Both the position numbers and the translations under genes were made by a program. A stretch of 64,000 nucleotides of DNA from a virus. The stretch is taken from positions 192,001 to 256,000 of IMG/VR virus record IMGVR_UViG_3300045988_160394. The stretch is one strand, 5' to 3'. The number at the start of each line of letters is the position of its first letter. Position 1 is the stretch's first letter. Shown in pieces: positions 50,117 through 58,916 of this stretch. Below the pieces are notes generated by a model. It had not been told where the DNA came from, ran no database searches, and worked only from the letters and a program-made list of their open reading frames with translations.

Positions 50117-51157
50117 CTATATGCGATGCATATATTGAGCTTCATTCCCCATAATTGATTGTTGTAAATTGTATTGTGACATCTTAGCTAATTCCATACC
50201 AGCTTGTCTCATTGTAGCTAATTGTCGAGTATCATGAAATTCAGCTTCTCCAAATGTTTGAAATCTTTGAGAACTATTCATTTCTCTAGTTACTTTTTGT
50301 AATGAGTCTACACTACTAACGACCATAGAAGGTAACTGTTTAGCTAACATTACAGGGAATGCTGCTCCTTGAAGAACCTCTCCCGTTACGAACATGGCCC
50401 CCGCTTTAGCAGCTGATTTAACAACACCATTACCTTGATTTCTAGCATCTTTATAATCAGAGATAGCCACACCAGTGTTTATTATTACTCCGACGCTTCT
50501 TTTATTAAATATCTTTTTAAATACAGATTCTTCTAGTTTATCTTCTGCTTCATTCATTCCTTCTTTAGTTACATCTTCTATAACTTCTTTAGTTTCTTCT
50601 TTTATCTTTTCCTTAACTTTCTTTTTAGTTTGTTTTTTACTTTCTTTTTCTGCTTCTTTTCTAAAAACAACATTATGCTCTTTATCATATTCTTTTGTAA
50701 ATTTATTTATTTCAGAATCGACATCAAACAATTCTTCAGGCTTACTATATTTAATCCTTTCTCCTTCGTAATCATAAAACAGTCCTTCATTTTCAGAAAG
50801 GAATCTTTTCATACTTTCAAGATCTTCATTACTTTCTATTACGCCACTTCTTCTTGCTCTATTAATAGCACCTTGTGCGTCAAAATAATCAGTATCTTCT
50901 CCTAATATATTGTTTATCTTTTCATACAAAGGATTGCCTTTAAGATTATTTAATTCATTATGTTCTAATAAAGAAGCTCGTTTCTCATTTATAGCTTTTT
51001 CTCTGTCTTTAAGCATCTTTTCATAAGCTTGATCTTCTTGTCTAGCATTTTTTCTCTTATCATTTTTTCTATGTCTTCTTTTCCATTTAGAATAAGATAG
51101 CTTACCTCCACCAGCTACATACTCTTCATACAAGGCTTTTAATTCTTCTTCATTCAT
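50117..51157 (-). CDS. hypothetical protein, 346 aa (charged, K/E-rich centre)
   Basis: Intact ORF. Its ATG overlaps the upstream TAG region. TAG stop. Confidence 0.6.
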   Translation of the reverse strand: MNEEELKALYEEYVAGGGKLSYSKWKRRHRKNDKRKNARQEDQAYEKMLKDREKAINEKRASLLEHNELNNLKGNPLYEKINNILGEDTDYFDAQGAINRARRSGVIESNEDLESMKRFLSENEGLFYDYEGERIKYSKPEELFDVDSEINKFTKEYDKEHNVVFRKEAEKESKKQTKKKVKEKIKEETKEVIEDVTKEGMNEAEDKLEESVFKKIFNKRSVGVIINTGVAISDYKDARNQGNGVVKSAAKAGAMFVTGEVLQGAAFPVMLAKQLPSMVVSSVDSLQKVTREMNSSQRFQTFGEAEFHDTRQLATMRQAGMELAKMSQYNLQQSIMGNEAQYMHRI

Positions 51158-51158
51158 A

Positions 51159-51836
51159 CTACATCATTCCTCCATGTCTTAAATTGTTTAAAGCAAATAC
51201 TAAATCACCAGTAGCTCCACCGTCTTGTGCATAAGCAGGAACTCTTGGAGCGGAAGTAGTAACTTGACCATCAGGATTTATTCCTTTTCTATCTTCTATA
51301 AATTGTTTAGCTGCATCAGGAGTTCCTATAATAGCCATACCTGCACCTGCTAATAAAACACCTCTTTTAGTAGCTTTATATCCTACTAAACTTTCTTCAT
51401 CTTTTCTTATAAGCTGTAATGGGTTTTTGACCTTATGGCCGTCAACGATATTATAGTCTCTTGATATAGTATCAAAAACAGCAGCTCCATTATTTACGAA
51501 CTGTTTTCCTCTTCTACTTAAATCATCTAAGAATAAAGGCTTTCTACTAATACCAACTTTACCTACAATATTATAAGAAGAATCATCAGATAATATTGTT
51601 GTGCTTGTTTTCCCTATTCCTCTTTTAACAGCTCTTTTTACAGAACCATCTTTTATTTTGCCAATAAAGTCTTTCCCCATATGAATTCCTTTATCAGCGG
51701 CCCCAGCTCCTCCTTCAATTAATCCAGGAACATGTTTAAAGATTTTATTAGTAATCTTACCTACTTTAGCAGCGATACCAATAGATACATCATTAATGTT
51801 ACCCATAAGTTTATTTACTCTACCTAATAACGACAT
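51159..51836 (-). CDS. hypothetical Gly-rich protein, 225 aa
   Basis: Intact ORF with RBS AAGGAGTTGA and a TAG stop. Confidence 0.6.
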   Translation of the reverse strand: MSLLGRVNKLMGNINDVSIGIAAKVGKITNKIFKHVPGLIEGGAGAADKGIHMGKDFIGKIKDGSVKRAVKRGIGKTSTTILSDDSSYNIVGKVGISRKPLFLDDLSRRGKQFVNNGAAVFDTISRDYNIVDGHKVKNPLQLIRKDEESLVGYKATKRGVLLAGAGMAIIGTPDAAKQFIEDRKGINPDGQVTTSAPRVPAYAQDGGATGDLVFALNNLRHGGMM

Positions 51837-51865
51837 TTAATCAACTCCTTATGTTTATAGTAATA

Positions 51866-51889
51866 AAGTGCAGCTATTAAACTGCACTT
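51866..51889 (-). terminator. stem-loop after 51895..52344 (AAGUGCAG/CUGCACUU, 8 bp)
   Basis: Perfect 8-bp inverted repeat with an 8-nt loop, 5 nt past the TAA. The tail is AU-rich. Confidence 0.5.
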
Positions 51890-51894
51890 ATAAA

Positions 51895-52344
51895 TTAGAT
51901 AAATGGTACTCCAGGTAAATTGAAGTTACCGTATCTATCTCTATATAATCCTCCACCAGTAACAACTCTACCAGCAACTCCTACAGTAAACGCAGTTCCA
52001 GCAACTTTCTTTGCACTGATATGACCATTAACCATATGCCCCTTTTTAATAGCTTCTAAAGCAGTAGCACCAGACTCTCTTGCTTTAAAAGAATCAGTTA
52101 TCCCTTTAAATACTTTTGCATTACCAACAGCTGCTCCCATTTTATAGCTTTCTTTTTGCATAAGTTCATTAGTTAATTCATGCCCCATCTTTAAAGCTTC
52201 TCTTTTAGATTTAGTAACTCCTTGTGCTAAAATCCCTGCTGCTGATCTTTTAGCAAGTCTACTTTCAGCTTTATTACTCGCTGCTGAAAATAAACCAGCC
52301 GCAAATTCAGTCATACCTTCAGCTATTTTTCTTCCTTTACTCAT
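51895..52344 (-). CDS. hypothetical Ala/Gly/Lys-rich protein, 149 aa
   Basis: Intact ORF with RBS AGAGGTGA and a TAA stop. Confidence 0.6.
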   Translation of the reverse strand: MSKGRKIAEGMTEFAAGLFSAASNKAESRLAKRSAAGILAQGVTKSKREALKMGHELTNELMQKESYKMGAAVGNAKVFKGITDSFKARESGATALEAIKKGHMVNGHISAKKVAGTAFTVGVAGRVVTGGGLYRDRYGNFNLPGVPFI

Positions 52345-52356
52345 TTAAATCACCTC

Positions 52357-53019
52357 TTATAAATTATCTGGTCTTTCCTCTACAATAAATTCAGTACTAA
52401 TAGCATTATCAAGCATCTCATTAACAGATAAAGTATTACCTTGTTGTCCTTTTTGTGATCTTCTAGTTCCAAGCATATTATCAAGAATCTTATCTTTTCT
52501 ATTTAAACATCTTTCATATAGTTCATAAGCTTTAGATACTTCTGGTCTAGTATATTCTTCTCCTGATTCAGTCATACCTGCAACTACATCTGTTATAGGC
52601 AATTGTTCTTTAGACAATATAGCTTTACATCTTTCTAACATTACATCTATATTAATTAATTCAGCTACTAATGTTTGATCAGTAAAGCTGGCTTCGTCTA
52701 GATTGTAATCTTCCATATAATAGTTTCATCTTGTTTCTATCATGGCCGTTTCTACTGGACATTTTTCTCCTAAAGGAGCTAAATCATATTCCAATAAACC
52801 ACAAGTAGCCGCATATGGACAATCACTTTGTTTACAAACAATTGGCACTTTAGCAAATAGGCCTGTCTTAGTAGATAACATTGCCATAGCTGCTTTTTTA
52901 GCCTCTACTCCAACAACACTATGTCCTCAAAAGTTATTTGACATAGCTTGTATGAAACCTTCTTTTTTAGCTATTGCATCCTCTCTTTCTTGTAGAGAAA
53001 TCTCCTTATTTATTTCCAT
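52357..53019 (-). CDS. hypothetical Cys-motif protein, 220 aa, 2 in-frame TGA (52927, 52726); weak small-terminase candidate by position
   Basis: The ATG at 53017-19 opens MEINKEISLQERED..NNF-W-GHSVV..CKQSDCPYAATCGLLEYDLAPLGEKCPVETAMIETR-W-NYYMEDYN, running into track ORF 52357..52716 (hand-translated). TAA stop. The antisense track ORF 52742..53260 is a shadow of this gene. Confidence 0.65.
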
Positions 53020-53025
53020 AATATA

Positions 53026-53391
53026 TTACTCACCCCCTTCCCATAATTTACTATCATCATCTTTATATATTTCTTTTTCTAATTTTTCAACCATTTCTTC
53101 TGATAAGTTCGTTTCTCCATTTTTTATAGAATATTCTTCAGCAGTAAAGTTATATAAGATATTAAAATCTTCTGATCCAAATACTTCATTAAAAACCTTG
53201 ACGTTTTTTAAAACATATCTACTACTTTCTATTTTATTAATATCATCTATATATCTATGAGTTGTCATGCTACCTGTTATTAATATTTCTTCTTCTCCAT
53301 TTTCATTCTCTATTAATTTAGTTTCAAACGTAAGACGCCCTTTGACTCTCTTTAATTGTTTATCTCCTGTTACTATCTTTAGGTTCGCCAT
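53026..53391 (-). CDS. hypothetical protein, 121 aa; first gene of the minus-strand module
   Basis: Intact ORF with RBS AAGGAGGA and a TAA stop. It abuts the divergent intergenic region. Confidence 0.65.
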   Translation of the reverse strand: MANLKIVTGDKQLKRVKGRLTFETKLIENENGEEEILITGSMTTHRYIDDINKIESSRYVLKNVKVFNEVFGSEDFNILYNFTAEEYSIKNGETNLSEEMVEKLEKEIYKDDDSKLWEGGE

Positions 53392-53410
53392 AAAATTGTC
53401 CTCCTTATAT

Positions 53411-53424
53411 ATTTTTCCTATATA
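53411..53424. repeat. 14-nt direct repeat ATTTTTCCTATATA, copy 1 (candidate phage promoter element)
   Basis: An exact second copy lies at 53523-53536. This copy is 20-33 nt upstream of the minus-strand ATG at 53391 and reads TATATAGGAAAAAT on the minus strand. Confidence 0.5.
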
Positions 53425-53522
53425 TTAATATATTCTAGTATTTTATTTATTTTAAATTGTCAGAAAATTCTGAAAACTTTCATCATATATATTTTTATAT
53501 ATTTTTCTACACCAATTTACAA

Positions 53523-53536
53523 ATTTTTCCTATATA
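53523..53536. repeat. 14-nt direct repeat ATTTTTCCTATATA, copy 2
   Basis: Exact match to 53411-53424 in the same orientation, 112 nt away, inside the divergent control region. Confidence 0.5.
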
Positions 53537-53689
53537 GAGCAAAATTTTTATAATTTTTCGAAGCAGTACCTAGTTATTGATAATAGATAAAAAGCTAAGA
53601 ATTTTAGCCCCAGGTCTATTAAGTTAAACAAAATAAAAATAAACGAAAGGGTCTAATGATAAAAGATTGATTAGACAGAGGTGAATAAA

Positions 53690-54028
53690 ATGGAAAACTT
53701 AAAAGAAGTAAAAGCAACAAGAGTAAACGGAAGATTAATGGCTTCAGGTAAAGTAAAGTCATTAAATGAAAAGAGAAGAGAACAAGGAGTGAATATTATG
53801 AAACAAGAACAAGTAGTAGAAGTAAAAGAAGAAAGAATAGATACATCTATGTTTGATAAATTAAGTGCTAATAAAGCAGCTTATAATAAGCACTTAGAGG
53901 ATCTAGCTTATGACAAATGGTTAGATGAACAATTCGATCAAGAAGACAAGGAAAAGAAGCTATCATATAAGATATCAAAGTTGTTTAAAATGATGGCTAG
54001 AGACTTGCAAGGAAAGAAAATAAAATAA
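53690..54028 (+). CDS. hypothetical early protein, 112 aa
   Basis: AGAGGTGA lies 5 nt before the ATG at 53690; the track start at 53681 is a GTG inside the RBS. TAA stop. No TGA. Confidence 0.65.
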   Translation: MENLKEVKATRVNGRLMASGKVKSLNEKRREQGVNIMKQEQVVEVKEERIDTSMFDKLSANKAAYNKHLEDLAYDKWLDEQFDQEDKEKKLSYKISKLFKMMARDLQGKKIK

Positions 54029-54050
54029 ATAAACAGTAGGAGGTAAAGTG

Positions 54051-54455
54051 ATGAAGAAATCAAACAATTATAGACATGAGTTAGAGAGGTTAAAACCATT
54101 TAATAACTTCATAGTAGAAGGTAAGGTAGAGTGTATTAGTAGTAAGTTCACTGATAGTTTCTCAGGAGGATATAAGACTAAGACTATGTTATTAACTAAT
54201 GTAGGAATAGCATTAAGATCTAAGAAAGATAAGAAACTACACATAGTTATGAGAATAGATCACATATGGATAGCAGAGGATACTAATACAATACCTAGAG
54301 ATAAAAATACAAAAATAGGAGATATAGTTAAGTTCAGAGGTAAAGTATATGAGTATAAATATAGTCATGGAGGTATACAATTAGGCATTAAACAGAGCAT
54401 GAAAGGACATGTGAATGTAACCAAAGGAATAAGCTATAAAATATTGTATAAATAA
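54051..54455 (+). CDS. hypothetical early protein, 134 aa
   Basis: AGGAGG lies 7 nt before the ATG at 54051. TAA stop. Confidence 0.65.
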   Translation: MKKSNNYRHELERLKPFNNFIVEGKVECISSKFTDSFSGGYKTKTMLLTNVGIALRSKKDKKLHIVMRIDHIWIAEDTNTIPRDKNTKIGDIVKFRGKVYEYKYSHGGIQLGIKQSMKGHVNVTKGISYKILYK

Positions 54456-54466
54456 TATAGATTATG

Positions 54467-54493
54467 CCTATATATGCATTACGTATATATAGG
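54467..54493 (+). promoter_or_regulatory. 11-bp AT-rich hairpin CCUAUAUAUGC-AUUAC-GUAUAUAUAGG between early genes
   Basis: Inverted repeat seen directly (one G-U pair). Both arms contain the CCTATATA core of the 14-nt repeat at 53411/53523. It could be a terminator, an operator or a hairpin promoter. Confidence 0.45.
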
Positions 54494-54576
54494 TATAAAT
54501 GTGTATTATTCATACACTATGCACAGAGTATGTGGCATTATGGTCAACGAACCGCCCGCTCAATGGAGGTGCAATT

Positions 54577-56835
54577 ATGTCAAATTTAAACAACGTATTA
54601 GGGAACAACAATAATGTAGAAGGAGGAAGCAATATGAAAAAAGTAGTAATCAAAGCTACAAACAACAATAGCAGAAAGGCTGCTAAAATGAACAAGGAGT
54701 TACATGATGTAATGGCTAAGAGATTTATGAAACAAAATCTATATAACTGGGCTCCAGTTATCAGAATGATTACTATAACAGGAGTAGATGATTTAGAAAA
54801 CTTAGTGTTTGATATGTACAATACTATAGGAGGTAACAGCCCTGTAATGAGAGAGTTCGTTAAAAGAAATGGATCCGTTACAGAAGGGGAGGTAGATGTC
54901 GTTCAAGTATTACCAGATGGAAGAAAAACAACTAGAAAGGTTGTTTGTGGAGAAGTTAAAGGTAAGATGAGACATGATTATGTGGAGGATATATTCCTTA
55001 TCCAATTTAAGGATTTAGAAAAGAATTTTAAAGGTATAACTAAGAAAGAAAAGAAAGAAGCTAGTGAATTATTAGTTGCTTCCGTTCTTGATAATGGATT
55101 ATCCATAGTAACAGATGTTAATGGATATCCTGCTGTTAGAATAAAAGGCCAAGAGATGGAAGGAGATGTAGTTAATAAAACTATTTCACCATTCATATGG
55201 ACACCTTCAAACGAAAGAAATGGTCAAATACTAATGACTAGTATAGACCATAATGAAGCTTGGGACATATTAGAGACTGTTGGTGGAAGAACAGTTAGCA
55301 AGCTATTAGAAAAAGGAGAAGAGATGCCAATAGCTAAATTCAAGAAGTTAGCTTCAAGAATAGGTTTATTCGCAACTCCAGCTATTAAGTTCGGAAAAAT
55401 AGGTACAGCTAAACATGGCCTATTATTAATAAACAGGACCATAGCTGGTGCTGATGATTTTGATAAAATTGCTAAGGAAGTGTTAGACTCTGTAGGAGTT
55501 GAAATAGATGATAACCAATATGATGGAGCTGTTTGGTTCTCAGCAGAATGGTTATCAGATTGTTTCAAAGAAAATGGATTTAACATTTCACCAGCTCAAG
55601 CCATCTGGTTTTCAGCTCAGCTAAGAGTCAATAAGATATATGCTAAAGTATTTGGAGAAGCATTTATTCAAGAGCTAGTTAATGTAATGGCTCACAAATT
55701 AATTGAAAACTTAGTAGAAGGTAGAGATTATACTATCATAGGTAATAGAGACAATATCTCAATGATACTAGATAGTAATGGTGCTAAGTTATTGGATTTA
55801 AACTTAAAAGATAAATGTGATGTTTATCTATTAGATATAGCTAAAGGCACACAATCAGGTACAGCCATACAAATGACAGATAAAATGGCTGTAAAAGATA
55901 AAGAAGCTACTTGCAACTTCTTATACAAAAGAGGTATAGAAGAATGTCACAATTATGTAAATGCTATAGGTGATACAACTAAATCATTAGTAGAAGATGA
56001 TATAAATGTATCAGAGTACTTAATAAATGTTGCAAAACATAATGGAGGAGCAATTGCTTCTAAAGTATTCTCTGATCAATATATCGTATCAGGTATATTA
56101 AGAGATGCAACTAAGAAACATGAAGCTGCTTATAGAAGAGGTAGAGTAGAATTAAACTCACTATTCCAAAGAGCTTTATTTGATAATACTTATGTATTTA
56201 CTAGTGGTAAATTAGACTCAGTATTAAGAGTTGATAGTAGAGGTGCTATAGAATGCTATTCAACTGATGTTTTAGAATTAAATAGAGAAGTAATAGATGC
56301 TATAGAAAATGATAATACATTAAATGATTATGAGAAGGATATGAAATTAAGAGAAGTATTATCTGCTTGTATTATTAAATACCCTACTCCGGGTACAGAG
56401 GAAATAGAACTTGTAGTCTTCTTAACAGAGAAACAAATAAATAGAAGACTACAAGGTTATGTGAAATCAGGTATGATAACTAAAGAAGAAGCTTTAGTTC
56501 TATATAAATATTTTGTATACTCATCATACGGTACAATAAAAATAGCTGCTGATAATAGTGTAAAACACAAATTAGCAGGATTTGATACAGATTACGACGG
56601 ATTCGCAGTCGTATTCGAAAAAGAATTGGTCACTATAATAGAAGGAGTGTATGTTGAAAGAACTGAATCATTCCAAGAATCAACAGGTTCAATAGCTACA
56701 CATGGTGGTGTTACTCCATTTATTGATTGTGGACATGATGCTAAGAACTATATAGAGCTAAATAATAAAAATGTTAATATGAAAGATAAATCAGTACAGG
56801 ACGAAATAAGTATTTGGAATAACTTATTCGAGTAG
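54577..56835 (+). CDS. single-subunit two-barrel RNA polymerase (YonO / QDE-1 / crAss gp66-like class), about 752 aa
   Basis: Beta-like motif FGKIGTAKHG (about 55390-55419; compare GDKxAGRHGNKG). Beta-prime/RdRP-like motif KYPTPGTEEIELVVF...KLAGFDTDYDGFAVVFEKEL (DTDYD at 56584-56598; compare NADFDGD / DxDGD). Start chosen at the ATG with GGAGGTG 5 nt upstream; an alternative is ATG 54634 after GAAGGAGGA. TAG stop. All 7 Trp codons are TGG. Confidence 0.75.
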   Translation: MSNLNNVLGNNNNVEGGSNMKKVVIKATNNNSRKAAKMNKELHDVMAKRFMKQNLYNWAPVIRMITITGVDDLENLVFDMYNTIGGNSPVMREFVKRNGSVTEGEVDVVQVLPDGRKTTRKVVCGEVKGKMRHDYVEDIFLIQFKDLEKNFKGITKKEKKEASELLVASVLDNGLSIVTDVNGYPAVRIKGQEMEGDVVNKTISPFIWTPSNERNGQILMTSIDHNEAWDILETVGGRTVSKLLEKGEEMPIAKFKKLASRIGLFATPAIKFGKIGTAKHGLLLINRTIAGADDFDKIAKEVLDSVGVEIDDNQYDGAVWFSAEWLSDCFKENGFNISPAQAIWFSAQLRVNKIYAKVFGEAFIQELVNVMAHKLIENLVEGRDYTIIGNRDNISMILDSNGAKLLDLNLKDKCDVYLLDIAKGTQSGTAIQMTDKMAVKDKEATCNFLYKRGIEECHNYVNAIGDTTKSLVEDDINVSEYLINVAKHNGGAIASKVFSDQYIVSGILRDATKKHEAAYRRGRVELNSLFQRALFDNTYVFTSGKLDSVLRVDSRGAIECYSTDVLELNREVIDAIENDNTLNDYEKDMKLREVLSACIIKYPTPGTEEIELVVFLTEKQINRRLQGYVKSGMITKEEALVLYKYFVYSSYGTIKIAADNSVKHKLAGFDTDYDGFAVVFEKELVTIIEGVYVERTESFQESTGSIATHGGVTPFIDCGHDAKNYIELNNKNVNMKDKSVQDEISIWNNLFE

Positions 56836-56864
56836 TATTGATTGAGTAATTGTGTAATAGGTTC

Positions 56865-56891
56865 GGTGAGTGTATACCTTTAAAACTCACC
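56865..56891 (+). terminator. stem-loop after the RNAP gene (GGUGAGU/ACUCACC, 7 bp)
   Basis: Perfect 7-bp inverted repeat with a 13-nt loop, followed by AUUUAAAUU. Confidence 0.4.
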
Positions 56892-56967
56892 ATTTAAATT
56901 AAAATATAAAAATAAAAGATAAAAAATTAAGGAAATCTTCAAAGAGTGAAGATATTAGGAGGAAACA

Positions 56968-58818
56968 ATGATGAAAATATTATTAAACAACAACAACAAT
57001 GGAGCAAATACTTTAATGGAGGCTGTTTCAAACGAAATGATGAAAATAACAGAAGCATCTAAGTTTAATGTTGCTAATGGTGTAGCAGGATTATATAACA
57101 GTGAAAAGAGAATAGATAAGAGAATGTTAGATTATTTAACAAAAGTAGATACTAGAAAGCTAGATAACATACAAAGAGCTTTCGCAGTAACATCTTTTGC
57201 GACAGGTTCAATGGTAGGTATAACTACTATTGGTATAGAAGCAGCTTTAACTTTAGCTACTTCAACTTATCAATATTTAGATAAAGATGGGAAGGTAAAT
57301 GCTAAGAAAGTTGAAAGAGTTGTTAAGAACATAGGTGAAAAGCCAGAAGCTGGATATAGATATGTATCAGTGTTTAATTACAATGTAAACAAGGCTTTAG
57401 CTATATCTAAGTTCAGCAGAGCTTCAATATTTATAAGAGTATCTGCTCATGAAATAAAAGAGTTCCAAAAGAGAATAAGAAAGATTGATATGACAGCTAT
57501 CCAACCAGAAGATCTTGTTACAATAGCATATGACATGGATATCATAGGTAGAGCTCTTCAAGAGTTATCTATAGACGTTACTAAGGATAAATCAAAAGAT
57601 ATTGGTTATGATATCAATTCATTAATCAATATGACTAATAAAACAAAGTCTAACATTATTAAGAATACAGTTGTTAAAAACAACATAGAAGATATAATAT
57701 CAGAAAAGATATTTAAAGGAACAGTTTCTAAAAAATACTCAATGGAAGCTATAATAGATGGTAAACCAATGAGTGAAGTAGATGTTAATGATAAAGATGA
57801 ATTAAATAGTGCTTACATCGATAATTTAGGTGGAGATTGTAAAGACGCTATAAATGCTGGTTACATGAAAGGATTCGAGCCTATTGTTGAGTTATTAAAA
57901 GTAAGCAATAATGATGCTTACCAAGTATTCAAGAACAGAGTAGTAACAGCTTCTCAAAACTCTAACCAAAAGGATGTTATTATGAATCAAATAATAACTG
58001 CTGCTAGAGTTGCTATGGATATCATTAATAATCTATATGGTAAGAAGCAATATGACAATACTATAACAAGCAGCTATATCAAAGAAGTTGCTGCTAAATT
58101 AAGAAATGCTATATACACTGTAGGAGCTAAATATGGAGTAGATCCAGTTAACACAGTTAAGATAGCTATGTCAGCTCCATTTGCTAAAATAGTTAACGGA
58201 GAATTAAAAGTAAAAGAAAGACCAACTAGCTTAAGAGCTATATTAGACATCTTCCCAAAAGAATTTGTAGTAGAATATGTATGTAATCCATATGATACAG
58301 AACAAAGCAAAAGAGAAGTAGCTGAATCAGCTTGTTACTTAACTGTTACATTCTCTGATTATGATTTATGCTTAGGAGATGAATTAGATTTCGAAGATAG
58401 TTTATCTATGACTGAGTATGGTATGGTTTCAATTAAAGAAAAATTCTCAGGTAAAGCTGTTGTTACAGAAGAAGGATTAAAAGCTGTTGTTGATATATAC
58501 GCATTTGAATATACTGATGCTGTATTCTTAAGTGAAATATATACAAATAACGAACAAAGTTTTAATGCTCCATTTGTACAACCAGTTTGCTTTACAAAAA
58601 ATAGTGATGAATCTAATATAGAAACATCAATAGAAATGAACGCTATAAGAGAGAAAATAGACACTTGCTTAGACGCAGGTACTAACGGTGTTCTATTATG
58701 TGTAAAAACAAAAGAGGGGAACTTATCAAAGATAGGTAGATTAGCTTTCCCTTATCAAGGAAAAATTAGAATAAAAGATTATATAATAAATACATCTTGT
58801 GGAGTTGTATTATTATAA
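56968..58818 (+). CDS. hypothetical early protein, 616 aa (contains no Trp)
   Basis: Intact ORF with AGGAGG 5 nt upstream and a TAA stop. It lies immediately downstream of the RNAP gene, so an accessory role is possible but unsupported. Confidence 0.7.
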   Translation: MMKILLNNNNNGANTLMEAVSNEMMKITEASKFNVANGVAGLYNSEKRIDKRMLDYLTKVDTRKLDNIQRAFAVTSFATGSMVGITTIGIEAALTLATSTYQYLDKDGKVNAKKVERVVKNIGEKPEAGYRYVSVFNYNVNKALAISKFSRASIFIRVSAHEIKEFQKRIRKIDMTAIQPEDLVTIAYDMDIIGRALQELSIDVTKDKSKDIGYDINSLINMTNKTKSNIIKNTVVKNNIEDIISEKIFKGTVSKKYSMEAIIDGKPMSEVDVNDKDELNSAYIDNLGGDCKDAINAGYMKGFEPIVELLKVSNNDAYQVFKNRVVTASQNSNQKDVIMNQIITAARVAMDIINNLYGKKQYDNTITSSYIKEVAAKLRNAIYTVGAKYGVDPVNTVKIAMSAPFAKIVNGELKVKERPTSLRAILDIFPKEFVVEYVCNPYDTEQSKREVAESACYLTVTFSDYDLCLGDELDFEDSLSMTEYGMVSIKEKFSGKAVVTEEGLKAVVDIYAFEYTDAVFLSEIYTNNEQSFNAPFVQPVCFTKNSDESNIETSIEMNAIREKIDTCLDAGTNGVLLCVKTKEGNLSKIGRLAFPYQGKIRIKDYIINTSCGVVLL

Positions 58819-58916
58819 GATAAAGATAAGGCATGACTTACATAGTTGTGCCTTTTATTATACTCAAAGATATAAAATAAGAATGCAAAGAAAATAATAA
58901 AGTGAGGTAAAGAAAG

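Noticed and set aside
52742-53260. Plus-strand 172-aa ORF, and similar antisense ORFs (20177..20524, 25307..25702, 39408..39773, 40660..41055, 15181..15540; minus-strand 58838..59359, 54510..54821, 55224..55586)
   Set aside because: They lie entirely inside stronger genes on the opposite strand. They have no RBS and have the low-complexity Ser/Leu/Phe-rich composition typical of shadow frames in AT-rich DNA.
1-53391. Taking the ORF-track fragments (e.g. 1128..1529, 1644..3269, 3309..5336 ...) as separate genes that end at TGA
   Set aside because: Consecutive fragments are always in the same frame and their linkers contain no TAA/TAG. Internal Met, TTG or GTG starts lack ribosome-binding sites. 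Recognisable domains (TerL, intein, sheath, portal) are split mid-domain by the TGAs.
54499-54576. GTG start at 54499 (MCIIHTLC...) for the early RNAP gene
   Set aside because: It has no RBS. Two downstream ATGs (54577 and 54634) each have a strong GGAGG-type RBS at proper spacing. The upstream stretch is more likely a leader following the hairpin at 54467-54493.
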